Position numbers and translations under genes: made by a program. From positions 1 to 50,052 of the forward strand of contig DASUOE010000202.1 of the NCBI GenBank assembly GCA_036276805.1: 50,052 bases of DNA. Reading direction: 5' to 3'. Each line of letters begins with the position of its first letter. The first letter of the stretch is position 1. The stretch comes from Woeseiaceae bacterium. Its GTDB lineage: Bacteria; Pseudomonadota; Gammaproteobacteria; Steroidobacterales; Woeseiaceae. The notes below the pieces were generated by a model that worked only from the letters and a program-made list of their open reading frames with translations, searched no databases and was not told the DNA's origin. Below, in pieces: positions 30,505-40,183 of the stretch.

Positions 30505-32763
30505 CTACCGGTACTCCCAGTTCACTTCCAGCCCGATCGTGCGGCCCTTCTGCATCGGCCCGGCGGTCCACAGGCCGGCGATCGAAGTCAGGTTGCCCCA
30601 GTTGGCCTCGTCGGTCAGGTTCCGCCCGAACAGCGAGATGCGCCACGCTTCGCCCGGTGAATGCCAGTTGACGCTCGCGTTGACGCGTTCCTGGTCGTCG
30701 AAGTTCTCGGTGTTCGCATCGTTGTACGGGTGGCCTTCGCGGTAATTGTAGTTGCTCGCGACGTTCAGGAGCCCGGCGCCGCCGAGCGGCAGGTCGAATG
30801 AAAAGCCGACGCTGTAGTTCGTTGGCGCAAGGCGCGGCAGGTCCGGCCCGATGATCGTCGTGCCGTACGCGGCCTCGAGCTGCGTGACGAACGGGTCGAT
30901 GCTGTCGTAGTCGCCGTCCTGCCAGCCCGCGGAGGCGAAGATGGACAGCGAGTCGGCCGGCACCCACACGAGGTCGGCCTCGACGCCGGTGATCGTGACG
31001 TCGCCGGCATTGATCGTCGCCTGCAGCACGATGACATCGGGGTCGCCGACGTTGAGTTCCCGCTGCATGTCGGTGACGTCGTTCTGGAAGGCCGCGAGGT
31101 TGAAGCGCAGGCGGCCGTCCAGCAACTGCGACTTGAAGCCGATCTCGTACGTGCTGCTTTCCTCCTCGCGGGTCGGCCCCGGCGGAATGAGTTCCGGCTT
31201 GGCATTGCGGAAGTTGAAGCCGCCGGAGCGAAAGCTCTGCGCCCAGTAGCCGTAGAGCTGCGCGTCCTCGCCGAGCAGCCACTGGAACCCGAGCTTCGGG
31301 GTCAGGTTGTCCCAGTCGCCCTCGAGATCGTCGAACGTGCAGTTGAAGCTGGTGTTGTCCGTGCAGGTGCCGGTGATGATCCGCGCCGACTTCGACTCCT
31401 CGGACCAGCGCAGCCCGGCCGTCAGCACCCAGGCGTCACCGACCTGGAAGTCGTTGTTCCAGAATATCCCGACGTTGTCCGCGGACATGTCGCCGCCCAG
31501 GGCGCGCTGCAGGTTGATGCCGAACGGCGCCGGGCCGAGCGGCGGCGGCAGCCAGATGTAGCGCGCTTCGCGGTACTCGATGTCCTGGTCGAAGTAGTAA
31601 AGGCCGATCGTGGCATCCCAGTTCTCGCCGAGCGAACCGGCCCAGCGCAGCTCGTTGCTGACCTGGTCCTGGTCCGTGTAGCCGGGCGCGGCGAAGATCG
31701 GGTTCGCGGTGCCGTCGATGTCCGCGGCGGAATCCGCGTCGACCTCGCGCCAGCCGAGGATATTGGTTACCGTACCGTTCCCGACCTCGGCGATGTTGGT
31801 TTCGAGCACGACCTGCGTCCACCCGAGGTCGGTGAAGCCGATTTCGTCCGACGTCGTCGAGAAGTCGCCCAGTACGCCCGCGCGCTGCTCGGTGACGTTC
31901 GCCCACGTCGCGCCGTCGCCTTCGCTCTTGCCGCTCTCGACGATCAGCGCCCACTCCTGGTTTTCCGTCGGGGTCCAGACGACGGTGGGCCGCACGAGCG
32001 TCGTGTCCATCTCGCCGACTTCGCCGCGGGTGGCCGGGTTGATGTAGAACGGCTGCAGCGGGTGCGGCGCGGGCACGGCGGTCGACTGGTTGATGTTGTC
32101 GAAATAGCCGGGGTCGTTGCTCTGGTAGAGGACGAGCTTCGCCGCCAGCGTATCCTCGACGAGCGCGCCTTCGATGGCGCCGGCGATGGTCATCAGGCCG
32201 TCGTCGTCGTAACCGGCGCGCGCCTTGACGCCGAACTCGCCGGTCGGGCGCTGGTTGCGCAGGATGACGGCCCCGCCGGTCACGTTCCGGCCGAACAACA
32301 GGCCCTGCGGGCCGCGCAATACTTCCACGGACTCGAGATCGAACGTGTCGATCACCACGCCGAACGTCGTGCCGAGGTAGATCCCGTCGACGAATACGCC
32401 GACCGTCGGGTCGACGGATGGGATCGAGCTGTTGATTCCCTGGCCGCGAATCGAAAAATTCTGTACGCCCGGGAAAGTGCCCACGGCCTCGAGCTGGACG
32501 TTCGGCATGAGGTAACTCATGTCGTCCAGCTTCGTGACGAACATGGCTTCGAGCTGGCTCGCGCCGTAGGCGTTGATCGCGAGCGGGACGTCCTGGGCGA
32601 CCTCGGCTTCGCTGCGCTTGCGGGCGACAGTGACTATCTCTTCGATGAAGACGTCCGACGTCCGTTGCTGGGCCGGGGCTTCCGACGGCGAAAACGCCGC
32701 TACGGCGAGCAGGCTGGCGACAGGCACGGCGCGTCCGCGATGACCGGCTATGGAATGAATCAC
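30505..32763 (-). CDS. TonB-dependent receptor
   Basis: Plug region (EEIVTVARKR..LRGPQGLLFGRNVTGGAV) and a long beta-barrel. I trimmed the start to GTG 32763, which is preceded by GAGGGGGG. The protein ends ..GLEVNWEYR with no terminal aromatic residue. Confidence 0.85.
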   Translation of the reverse strand: MIHSIAGHRGRAVPVASLLAVAAFSPSEAPAQQRTSDVFIEEIVTVARKRSEAEVAQDVPLAINAYGASQLEAMFVTKLDDMSYLMPNVQLEAVGTFPGVQNFSIRGQGINSSIPSVDPTVGVFVDGIYLGTTFGVVIDTFDLESVEVLRGPQGLLFGRNVTGGAVILRNQRPTGEFGVKARAGYDDDGLMTIAGAIEGALVEDTLAAKLVLYQSNDPGYFDNINQSTAVPAPHPLQPFYINPATRGEVGEMDTTLVRPTVVWTPTENQEWALIVESGKSEGDGATWANVTEQRAGVLGDFSTTSDEIGFTDLGWTQVVLETNIAEVGNGTVTNILGWREVDADSAADIDGTANPIFAAPGYTDQDQVSNELRWAGSLGENWDATIGLYYFDQDIEYREARYIWLPPPLGPAPFGINLQRALGGDMSADNVGIFWNNDFQVGDAWVLTAGLRWSEESKSARIITGTCTDNTSFNCTFDDLEGDWDNLTPKLGFQWLLGEDAQLYGYWAQSFRSGGFNFRNAKPELIPPGPTREEESSTYEIGFKSQLLDGRLRFNLAAFQNDVTDMQRELNVGDPDVIVLQATINAGDVTITGVEADLVWVPADSLSIFASAGWQDGDYDSIDPFVTQLEAAYGTTIIGPDLPRLAPTNYSVGFSFDLPLGGAGLLNVASNYNYREGHPYNDANTENFDDQERVNASVNWHSPGEAWRISLFGRNLTDEANWGNLTSIAGLWTAGPMQKGRTIGLEVNWEYR

Positions 32764-32837
32764 GAGTTTCCCCCCTCGGTGACTGGAACCGGTAGCATAA
32801 CCGGCGGGTTCTCCAAAACAAGATATTCGGCGCAACG

Positions 32838-33548
32838 ATGAACGGCAACGAACCGGGCCATGCGGGCACGCCGCGGCCGCGCAGCGTAAGGAGCTTCGTC
32901 CGCCGCGCCGGCCGGCTCACCGCCTCGCAACAGAAAGCGCTCGCGGAACTCTGGCCGCGCTTCGGTATCGAGTTCGACGGCCGGCCGCTCGACTTCCAGC
33001 GCCTCTTCGGCCGGCAGGCGCCAATCGTCCTCGAGATCGGGTTCGGCAACGGCGAGTCGCTGGCGACGCAGGCTTCCGGCGATCCGGACCGTGACTTCCT
33101 CGGCGTGGAGGTCCACGACCCCGGGATCGGGCATTGCCTCATCCGGCTGCGGGACCTCGGGCTCGAAAACCTGCGCGTCCTCGCACACGACGCGATCGAG
33201 GTGCTGGAAGACGAGATCCCCCCGCACTCGCTCGATCGCATCAACCTGTATTTTCCCGACCCCTGGCCGAAAAAGCGCCATCACAAGCGGCGCATCGTCG
33301 ATTCGCGTTTCCTGGATCTCTGCGCGCGGGCGCTGCGGCCTGGCGGCACGCTGCACATCGCCACCGACTGGGCCGATTACGCGGAGCACATCGATGCCGC
33401 GATCGCGGCCGCACCGGCATTCAGCTGCGTCGCCGCGCGCACGCACGACGGCGAGGCCCCGCTCGACCGGCCGCGAACGAAGTTCGAGCAGCGCGGCCTC
33501 CGCGCGGGTCACCGCATACGGGACTGGATCCTGGCAACCGGGCGGTAG
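32838..33548 (+). CDS. trmB: tRNA (guanine46-N7)-methyltransferase
   Basis: ..LEIGFGNGESL..DFLGVEVH..INLYFPDPWPKKRHHKRR.. Confidence 0.9.
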   Translation: MNGNEPGHAGTPRPRSVRSFVRRAGRLTASQQKALAELWPRFGIEFDGRPLDFQRLFGRQAPIVLEIGFGNGESLATQASGDPDRDFLGVEVHDPGIGHCLIRLRDLGLENLRVLAHDAIEVLEDEIPPHSLDRINLYFPDPWPKKRHHKRRIVDSRFLDLCARALRPGGTLHIATDWADYAEHIDAAIAAAPAFSCVAARTHDGEAPLDRPRTKFEQRGLRAGHRIRDWILATGR

Positions 33549-33609
33549 ATACCGGCCCGGTTTCCGGCCGGTGCAGCGGATTCCGGCGGCCGCTGTTTCA
33601 CCCGCCGCC

Positions 33610-33637
33610 TTGCGGATTGCGGCTCGTCTTCTATAAA
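33610..33637 (+). promoter_or_regulatory. Candidate sigma-70 promoter for the small acidic ORF
   Basis: TTGCGG, 16-nt spacer, TATAAA(T). Confidence 0.4.
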
Positions 33638-33683
33638 TAAGACAGAAGAAGCCGAAACGAGCCAGGAAAGGGAGGATTTCGCC

Positions 33684-33974
33684 GTGGGAGTGTCGTACCC
33701 GGTCATAGGCCAATGGTTCCGCCGCGCGGGCGGAACGCTGTTCGAAGTTGTCGCCATCGACGAGGATGCCGGCACCGTCGGCATCCAGCAGTTCGACGGC
33801 ACGATCGACGAGGTCGACATGGATGCCTGGCCAGACCTCTTGCTCACGGAGGTCAGCGCCCCGGAGGACTGGTCCGGCTCCGTCGACATGGACCCGGGCG
33901 ACTTCATTGCGCGCAGCAACAAGGACCTCCCCACCGGCTTCCACGACCCCCTCGCGTTCCTGGATAGCCTGTAG
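33684..33974 (+). CDS. Small acidic hypothetical protein (96 aa)
   Basis: A strong SD (GGGAGGA) lies 7 nt before the GTG and a promoter-like TTGCGG-16-TATAAA lies upstream. Composition looks protein-like. I do not recognise a family with confidence. Confidence 0.55.
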   Translation: MGVSYPVIGQWFRRAGGTLFEVVAIDEDAGTVGIQQFDGTIDEVDMDAWPDLLLTEVSAPEDWSGSVDMDPGDFIARSNKDLPTGFHDPLAFLDSL

Positions 33975-34256
33975 GAGCGGCGGTAACGCCGCGAATTGAT
34001 GGCGGCCGGATCGACGTGAGCTGAACGGGGCGGCCCAATCACCATAAGCTGGGGGGAGCGGCGGTAACGCCCAGCCTCAACCACCTCCGTCTGTCCCCCT
34101 ATAACGCTGGTGATCGACCTTCGCTTACGCGCCAGCTCCACCAGCGCGCCAAAGGCGATTCGGAACCCGAAGTACAAAGGCTGATCCCGGCTGCCACTCA
34201 CTCGAACGAAAGGTTGCCTCGCGTCAAACCATTCGCGACCTGACGGCCGCTCCTAC
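33971..34256. repeat. REP-bounded segment: forward unit, a degenerate internal unit, about 150 bp of non-REP DNA, then a reverse unit
   Basis: GTAGGAGCGGCGGTAACGCCGCGAATTG at 33971. The degenerate unit GGGGGGAGCGGCGGTAACGCCCAGCC is near 34053. ATTCGCGACCTGACGGCCGCTCCTAC ends at 34256. Confidence 0.8.
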
Positions 34257-34263
34257 GACCGAC

Positions 34264-34602
34264 CTACGGCGCGGTCACCCGGATCTCACCGTCGCGCACC
34301 TCGCAGGCCAGGGCGCGCAGGCCCTTTCCCCGGCACGGCCCGCCGAGGCAGCGGCCGCTCCCGATCTCGTACAGCGCACCGTGCGAGGCACAGACGATGG
34401 CCTCGCCACCGGACGTGAGGAACCGGTCGGGCATGAGGTTCAGCGGGTGGCCGGCGTGCACGCAGTGGTTCTCGTAGGCGAAAACCGCATTGCCACGACG
34501 CACGACGAAACCCCGGAACGGCCACGGTCCGTCGCCGGCCGTGAACTCCCGGCAGCCGGGGTCGTCGAGTTCGTCGAGCCGCCCGACGTGCAGGTCCATC
34601 AT
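34264..34602 (-). CDS. Small Rieske [2Fe-2S] domain protein (112 aa)
   Basis: This is the C-terminal part of track ORF 34264..35652. The MMDLHVGRLDELDD.. sequence carries CVHAGHPL (CxH) and CASHGALY (CxxH). Its start overlaps the ampG stop as ATGA. Confidence 0.8.
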   Translation of the reverse strand: MMDLHVGRLDELDDPGCREFTAGDGPWPFRGFVVRRGNAVFAYENHCVHAGHPLNLMPDRFLTSGGEAIVCASHGALYEIGSGRCLGGPCRGKGLRALACEVRDGEIRVTAP

Positions 34603-35855
34603 GGCCGACGATTCGCGTCGCCGTTCCACGGCGCGACCTTGAACAGCAGCAGCATTCCCGGTATGGCGAGTACGAAGCAGAGGAGAAAGAAAGCGGTCCA
34701 ACCGACCCGCTCGACGATCACACCCGTGATCGCGCTCGCGACGGTGCGCGGCACGGATGCGAGCGCCGTGAACAGCGCAAACTGCGTGGCGGCAAATGCC
34801 GGATTGGTTTCCCGGGCGATGTACGCCGTCAGCGCAGCTGTGCCGAGGCCGACGCCGAGGTACTCCAGCGAAACGCTCACGCCCAGTACCCACGGGTTGT
34901 CGCCGGCTTCCGCCAGCACGGCGAAGCCGAGGATGCTGAAGATCTGCACGAAACCGAACAGCCACAGTGCACGATTGATGCCGAGCCGGATCATCCAGAG
35001 CCCGCCCAGGAGGCCGCCGATGATAGCGGCGATGAGCGCAGAGAACTTCGCGATCGAGCCTATCTGCGTCAGGCTGAACCCCATGTCGACGTAGAAGGCC
35101 GTCTGCAGCGCCACAGCCATGTTGTCGCCGAGCTTGTAGAAGAACACGAAGCTCAACACCAGGAGCGCGGCGACAAGGCCCCTGCGCGACAGGAATTCCC
35201 TGAACGGTTCGACGACGGCGGCAGCCAGCGTGCGCGGCGCCTTCGGCGCGAGGACAGCCTCGTCGATGGCGAGCGTGAGTCCTATGCCCACGATCATGAA
35301 GGCGGCGACGATCAGGAACACGGTGTTCCACGGCATATGGTCGGCGAGAATGAGCGCCAGGGCTCCCGGCACGAGCCCGGCCATCCGGTAGGTCTGCACG
35401 TGGATGGCGTTGCCGAGACCCAGCTCCTCGTCGGGCAGGAGCTCCCGGCGGTATGCGTCCAGGACGATGTCCTGGCTGGCGCTGAACACGGCGGTTGCCG
35501 CCGCCAGGTAGGCAATGACCCCGATCGAAGCCTGGGGGCTGAACACGCCGAGCGCGGCGATCGACAGCATTACCGCCACCTGGGTCACGAGCATCCAGCC
35601 CCGCCGCCGGCCGAGGAACGGCAGGGTGTAGCGGTCCATGACCGGCGCCCACACGAACTTCCAGGTGTAGGGAAACGTGACGAGATTGAAAAAGCCGATC
35701 GTTGCGAGGCTGATGCCTTCGACCCGGAGCCAGGCGGGGACGAGCTGGATCAGCACATACAACGGCAGGCCCGAGGCAAAACCGGTGAACATGCAGATCA
35801 GCATGCGCCGGTTGAATATCGCCTCACTTAGCGAGCGTTCGCCCGTTGCCGCCAT
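34599..35855 (-). CDS. ampG: AmpG-family muropeptide MFS permease
   Basis: 418 aa with 12 or more TM helices and an AmpG-like N-terminus (FASGLPLYVLIQLVPAWLRVEGISL). Confidence 0.85.
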   Translation of the reverse strand: MAATGERSLSEAIFNRRMLICMFTGFASGLPLYVLIQLVPAWLRVEGISLATIGFFNLVTFPYTWKFVWAPVMDRYTLPFLGRRRGWMLVTQVAVMLSIAALGVFSPQASIGVIAYLAAATAVFSASQDIVLDAYRRELLPDEELGLGNAIHVQTYRMAGLVPGALALILADHMPWNTVFLIVAAFMIVGIGLTLAIDEAVLAPKAPRTLAAAVVEPFREFLSRRGLVAALLVLSFVFFYKLGDNMAVALQTAFYVDMGFSLTQIGSIAKFSALIAAIIGGLLGGLWMIRLGINRALWLFGFVQIFSILGFAVLAEAGDNPWVLGVSVSLEYLGVGLGTAALTAYIARETNPAFAATQFALFTALASVPRTVASAITGVIVERVGWTAFFLLCFVLAIPGMLLLFKVAPWNGDANRRP

Positions 35856-35867
35856 GTATCGCCCGCG

Positions 35868-36656
35868 TCAGCCCGCCGTCGTCAGCTGCCAATCGTAATC
35901 GATGATCAGCGGCGCGTGGTCGGAAAAGCGCTCGGCCTTGTAGATCTGCGCGCGAAGCACCCGGTTCCGCAGGCCCGGCGTCACCACCTGGTAATCGATG
36001 CGCCAGCCTACGTTCTTGTCCCATGCACGGCCACGGTTCGACCACCAGGTGTAGTGGTCCGGTCCCTCCTCCACCACACGGAACGCATCGACAAAGCCGT
36101 GGCGGCCGAACACGCCGTCCAGCCAATCGCGCTCTGCCGGCAGGAACCCGGAGTTCTTCCGGTTCTGCTTCCAGTTCCTCAAGTCGATCTCGCGGTGCGC
36201 GATGTTCCAGTCGCCGCAGATGATGTACTCGGCGCGGCGCCGGCGCAGCTTTTCGAGATGCGCGACGAACGTCTCCATGCAGCGGTACTTCGCCTCCTGG
36301 CGCAGTTCGTGGGACGAGCCCGAAGGCAGGTACAGCGACACGACGTTGAGCCCGCCGAGCTGCACTTCGAGATAGCGCCCCTCGCAGTCGAATTCCGGGT
36401 CGCCGTAGCCGCGCAGCACGCGCTTCGGTTCGTGCTTCGTGAACAGGGCCGTGCCGCTGTAGCCTTTCCTGTCCGCGTCCCGGTAATAACAGCAATAGCC
36501 CTCGGGCCGGAAATGGTCGTCGGTAAGCTGTTGGTGGTGCGCCTTGGTTTCCTGGATGCAGACGATGTCGGCGTTCTGCGACGGCAGCCACTCGAAGAAT
36601 CCCTTGCGGGCCGCGGCGCGTATCCCGTTCGCATTGAAACTGACGACTCGTAACAT
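35868..36656 (-). CDS. xthA: Exodeoxyribonuclease III
   Basis: Start moved to M45 (36656). Features are MLRVVSFNANGIRAA..DIVCIQETK..GDWNIAH..SDHAPLIIDY. Confidence 0.9.
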   Translation of the reverse strand: MLRVVSFNANGIRAAARKGFFEWLPSQNADIVCIQETKAHHQQLTDDHFRPEGYCCYYRDADRKGYSGTALFTKHEPKRVLRGYGDPEFDCEGRYLEVQLGGLNVVSLYLPSGSSHELRQEAKYRCMETFVAHLEKLRRRRAEYIICGDWNIAHREIDLRNWKQNRKNSGFLPAERDWLDGVFGRHGFVDAFRVVEEGPDHYTWWSNRGRAWDKNVGWRIDYQVVTPGLRNRVLRAQIYKAERFSDHAPLIIDYDWQLTTAG

Positions 36657-36786
36657 CCGTAACCCGTTTGACGATGAACCGGCGGGCGGCACCGTGGCAT
36701 ACTTCGCCTGCCGTCGCAGGGCGGCATGATACAAGGGAGAGTGTACGGTTGCAGCGGGAACGCGCGACCGACGGCGACAAGGGACC

Positions 36787-37434
36787 ATGCAAGCCTATCA
36801 ACGAGAATTCATCGAGTTCGCACTCGAACTCGGCGTGCTGCGCTTCGGCGAGTTCACACTGAAATCCGGGCGTGTCAGCCCCTATTTCTTTAACGCGGGG
36901 CTGTTCAACACCGGCTATGCAGCCGCACGGCTCGGCCGCTTTTATGCATCGGCCATCGCCGAATCGAAGGTACCGTTCGACATGCTTTTCGGGCCCGCGT
37001 ACAAGGGCATTCCGCTGGTCACCCTGGCCGCGGCAGCGCTCGCCGAGCACCACGGCATCGACGTGCCGTTCGCGTTCAACCGCAAGGAAGCGAAGGCCCA
37101 CGGCGAGGGCGGCAACGTCGTCGGCGCACCGCTCAAGGGCCGCGTGCTCATCGTGGATGACGTCATAACGGCCGGTACGGCCGTGCGCGAGGCGTACCAG
37201 GTGATTCACGGCGCCGGGGCCGACATTGCCGGCCTCGCGATCTCACTCGACCGCCAGGAGCGCGGCAAGGATCACCGCTCGGCCGTGCAGGAACTCGCCA
37301 GCGCGCTCGGGATCCGGGTCGTCAGCATCGTCACACTGGACGACCTCGTCGAAATGCTGGAGGAATCGGCGGAATACGGGGCGCATGTCGATGCCGTTCT
37401 GGCCTACCGCGACACTTACGGCGTCAAGTCCTAA
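36787..37434 (+). CDS. pyrE: Orotate phosphoribosyltransferase
   Basis: [36 protein letters not shown], with PRPP motif [13 protein letters not shown]. Confidence 0.95.
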   Translation: MQAYQREFIEFALELGVLRFGEFTLKSGRVSPYFFNAGLFNTGYAAARLGRFYASAIAESKVPFDMLFGPAYKGIPLVTLAAAALAEHHGIDVPFAFNRKEAKAHGEGGNVVGAPLKGRVLIVDDVITAGTAVREAYQVIHGAGADIAGLAISLDRQERGKDHRSAVQELASALGIRVVSIVTLDDLVEMLEESAEYGAHVDAVLAYRDTYGVKS

Positions 37435-37546
37435 ACCCTTGATCTCCGGCCGGATTAGGCGCTTTACAGGCGCGCCGGAAGCGTCCAGGCTCCGATTTCG
37501 CGAACTGCGTCGCGGTTCGCCGCGGGAAACGTGGCATATTTGCGCA

Positions 37547-38173
37547 ATGCGATCGACCCCCCTCGCCATCGGACTGCTCGTCCTCGCCGTTCCGGCCCTC
37601 GCGGCCGAGCGCGACACCGGCGGCAAGCACTACAAGGTGGTCGACAAGGACGGCAACACCTACTACGGCGACAGCATCCCGCCCGAACTGACCGACTACG
37701 ACAAGCAGGTGGTGAACGACCACGGCGTGACGATCGGCCAGATCGAGGGCCGCAAGACGGCGGAGGAGCTCGAGGCCGAACGCCGTGCCGAAGCACTCCG
37801 GCTGCAACGGGACCTCCAGCTGCGCGCCGACCAGGCCTTGCTCGCGACCTACCAGACCGTGGAGGAGATCATGATGCACCGGGACCGGCGCATCGAACTC
37901 TTCCAGGCGCAGTCCCGCGTCACCGAGCTCTACCTGCGCAATCTCGAGCGGCAACTCGAAAAGCTCGAGCGCGAGGCATCGCGCTACCTGCCGTACTCCT
38001 CCGCCGAGGATGCCGAGATGATCGACCCGTCGCTCGTCAAGGCGATCCAGGAAACCAAGGATACGATCGCCCGCCATGAACTGAACCTGCAGAAGTTCAA
38101 GGATGACGAGCAGCTCATCGTCGCCCGCTTCGACGGCGACATCACCCGCTTCAAGGCCCTCAAAGGCCTGTAG
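37547..38173 (+). CDS. DUF4124 domain-containing protein (second paralogue)
   Basis: Lies inside track ORF 37226..38173. It has the signal peptide MRSTPLAIGLLVLAVPALAA, then HYKVVDKDGNTYYGDSIP and a coiled-coil tail. Confidence 0.7.
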   Translation: MRSTPLAIGLLVLAVPALAAERDTGGKHYKVVDKDGNTYYGDSIPPELTDYDKQVVNDHGVTIGQIEGRKTAEELEAERRAEALRLQRDLQLRADQALLATYQTVEEIMMHRDRRIELFQAQSRVTELYLRNLERQLEKLEREASRYLPYSSAEDAEMIDPSLVKAIQETKDTIARHELNLQKFKDDEQLIVARFDGDITRFKALKGL

Positions 38174-38270
38174 GAGCGGCGGTAACGCCGCGAATTGAGG
38201 GTGGCCGGAATTCCTGAGCTGGAAGCGGCGGTAACGCCGCCTGTAGGAGCGGCGGTAACGCCGCGAATGA
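38170..38270. repeat. REP cluster (two full forward units and one tag-less core)
   Basis: GTAGGAGCGGCGGTAACGCCGCGAATTG at 38170, GGAAGCGGCGGTAACGCCGC at 38221 and GTAGGAGCGGCGGTAACGCCGCGAATGA at 38243. Confidence 0.9.
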
Positions 38271-38330
38271 AGCGCGGCCGGATGCTGGTTCAAAACCGAC
38301 GCGGCCGGAACGTCGGCACCCTTCGCCGCA

Positions 38331-38783
38331 CTACCGGCCCGAGTGCCCGAATCCTCCGGCGCCGCGCTCGCTTTCCTCGAACGACTCGACCACGTTGAAG
38401 CGCACCTGTTCGACGGGCACGAACACCATTTGCGCGATGCGCTCGCCGGGCTGGATATCGTAGGTGACGGAGCCGCGATTCCAGATCGAAACGAACACCT
38501 GCCCTTGGTAATCCGAGTCGATCAGCCCCGTCAGGTTGCCGAGCACGAGGCCGTGCTTGTGACCGAGGCCCGAGCGCGGCAGCAGCACGGCGGCGAGGCC
38601 CGGATCGGCGATGTGCATCGCGAGCCCGGTCGGCACGAGCACGGTCTCGCCGGGCCGCACCGTCAGCGGCCCGTCGAGGACGGCGCGCATGTCGAGCCCG
38701 GCGGAGCCGTCGGTGGCGTACGCGGGCAATGGAATGGTATCGCCGACCCTGGGGTCGACTATCAGGAGATCTACGCTGCGCAA
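38331..38783 (-). CDS. dut: dUTP diphosphatase
   Basis: 150 aa with ..[42 protein letters not shown]. Confidence 0.95.
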   Translation of the reverse strand: MRSVDLLIVDPRVGDTIPLPAYATDGSAGLDMRAVLDGPLTVRPGETVLVPTGLAMHIADPGLAAVLLPRSGLGHKHGLVLGNLTGLIDSDYQGQVFVSIWNRGSVTYDIQPGERIAQMVFVPVEQVRFNVVESFEESERGAGGFGHSGR

Positions 38784-38800
38784 GTCCCGGTCCCGGTTGC

Positions 38801-40066
38801 TTATGACTTTGACGATTCGGCGGTGCGTGCCCCGGCTGCAGCCGGTGCGGTTTCGTCACCCGTACCGTGCTCGGCTCCGTAGCGCCGGGCGACGAGGCGC
38901 ACGAGGTCGTGCGCCAGCGAAGTCTTGCTCGCCGTCGGAAACGACTGTTCGCCGCCGTGCCAGTACACGTCCAAGGTGTTCTCGTCGTAGTCGAAGCCGC
39001 AGTCGGTGCCGACGCGGTTCGCGACGATCATGTCGAGCTGCTTGCGCTCGAGCTTTCCCAGCGCGTAGTTCCGCACGTTATTGGTCTCGGCCGCGAAGCC
39101 GACGGTAAACGGCGCGCCGGGGCGATTCGCCACCGAGGCCAGGATATCCGGCGAGCGGACGAGATCGAGCGTCAGCGTGTCGTTGTCGTCGGTCTTCTTG
39201 ATCTTTTGCGCGGACACCGTGACCGGGCGGTAGTCGGAGACCGCGGCCGCGGCGATGAAGATGTCCACCCCGTCGAGGTGCGCGTGCGTCGTCTCGTACA
39301 TCTGCTCGGCGGTCACGACCCGGTGCACCTCGATGCCGCGCGGCTCCGGCAGCGACACCGGGCCGCTGACGAGGATGACTTTCGCCCCTTCCGCCGCCGC
39401 CGCCGCAGCGACCGCGTAGCCCATCTTCCCGGAACTGCGGTTCGTGATGTAGCGGACGGGGTCGATCGGCTCCCGTGTAGGGCCGGCGGTGACCATGACC
39501 GTCCGTCCGGCGAGCAGGCCGCCGGCCGGCGCTCCCCGCCCCGCAAGCGCGACAACGGCCGCAGCGATATCCCCGGGCTCGGACATCCTGCCCGCGCCGG
39601 TCTCGCCGCAGGCCTGCGAGCCGCTGTCCGGCCCGATGAGCGTGACGCCGCGCCCGGCGAGCGTCGTGACGTTCGCCTGCACCGCCGGGTTGGACCACAT
39701 GACGTGATTCATCGCGGGCGCGACGGCGATCGGCGCCTCCGTGGCAAGGCAGAGCGTCGTGAGGAGATCCGGCGCGCCGCCGCCCGCGAGCCGCGCGATG
39801 ATTTCCGCCGTCGCCGGCGCGATGAGGACGACGTCCGCCCAGCGCGCGAGCTCGATGTGGCTCATCGCCTGCTCGGCTTCCTTGTCCCAGAGGTTGCTGC
39901 GGATCGGCCGCCCGGACACCGCCTGCAGCGCGGTCTCCGTGACAAATTCGGAAGCCGACGCCGTCATCACGATCTGGACGTCGGCGCCGCGGTCTTTGAG
40001 GCGCCTGACGAGTTCCGGCGTCTTGTAGGCGGCGATGCCGCCGCTGATGCCCAGCACGACGTTCAT
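38801..40066 (-). CDS. coaBC: Bifunctional phosphopantothenoylcysteine decarboxylase / phosphopantothenate-cysteine ligase
   Basis: Start at 40066 ([23 protein letters not shown]). The CoaC and CoaB halves are recognisable (..[21 protein letters not shown]..). The rest of the 696-aa track ORF is upstream read-through. Confidence 0.95.
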   Translation of the reverse strand: MNVVLGISGGIAAYKTPELVRRLKDRGADVQIVMTASASEFVTETALQAVSGRPIRSNLWDKEAEQAMSHIELARWADVVLIAPATAEIIARLAGGGAPDLLTTLCLATEAPIAVAPAMNHVMWSNPAVQANVTTLAGRGVTLIGPDSGSQACGETGAGRMSEPGDIAAAVVALAGRGAPAGGLLAGRTVMVTAGPTREPIDPVRYITNRSSGKMGYAVAAAAAAEGAKVILVSGPVSLPEPRGIEVHRVVTAEQMYETTHAHLDGVDIFIAAAAVSDYRPVTVSAQKIKKTDDNDTLTLDLVRSPDILASVANRPGAPFTVGFAAETNNVRNYALGKLERKQLDMIVANRVGTDCGFDYDENTLDVYWHGGEQSFPTASKTSLAHDLVRLVARRYGAEHGTGDETAPAAAGARTAESSKS

Positions 40067-40183
40067 GGCTATACAGTTTCCGCTGAATTCGCTTGTGCCG
40101 TCCAGATTATTTGCTTGTTTTGATATGTCGCGCGGACCGATTCTGGCGGCCAGGGCAGCACGATGAATGAATGAAGCCGATCC

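Noticed and set aside
32764-32835. Longer TBDR N-terminus starting at 32835.
   Set aside because: It would leave 2 bp between divergent genes and would add non-signal-like residues. GTG 32763 has a strong GAGGGGGG Shine-Dalgarno sequence and gives a normal signal peptide.
34603-35652. The upstream 350 aa of the 462-aa track ORF 34264..35652.
   Set aside because: It is an out-of-frame reading of ampG. Only the last 112 codons, from MMDLHV, form the Rieske protein.
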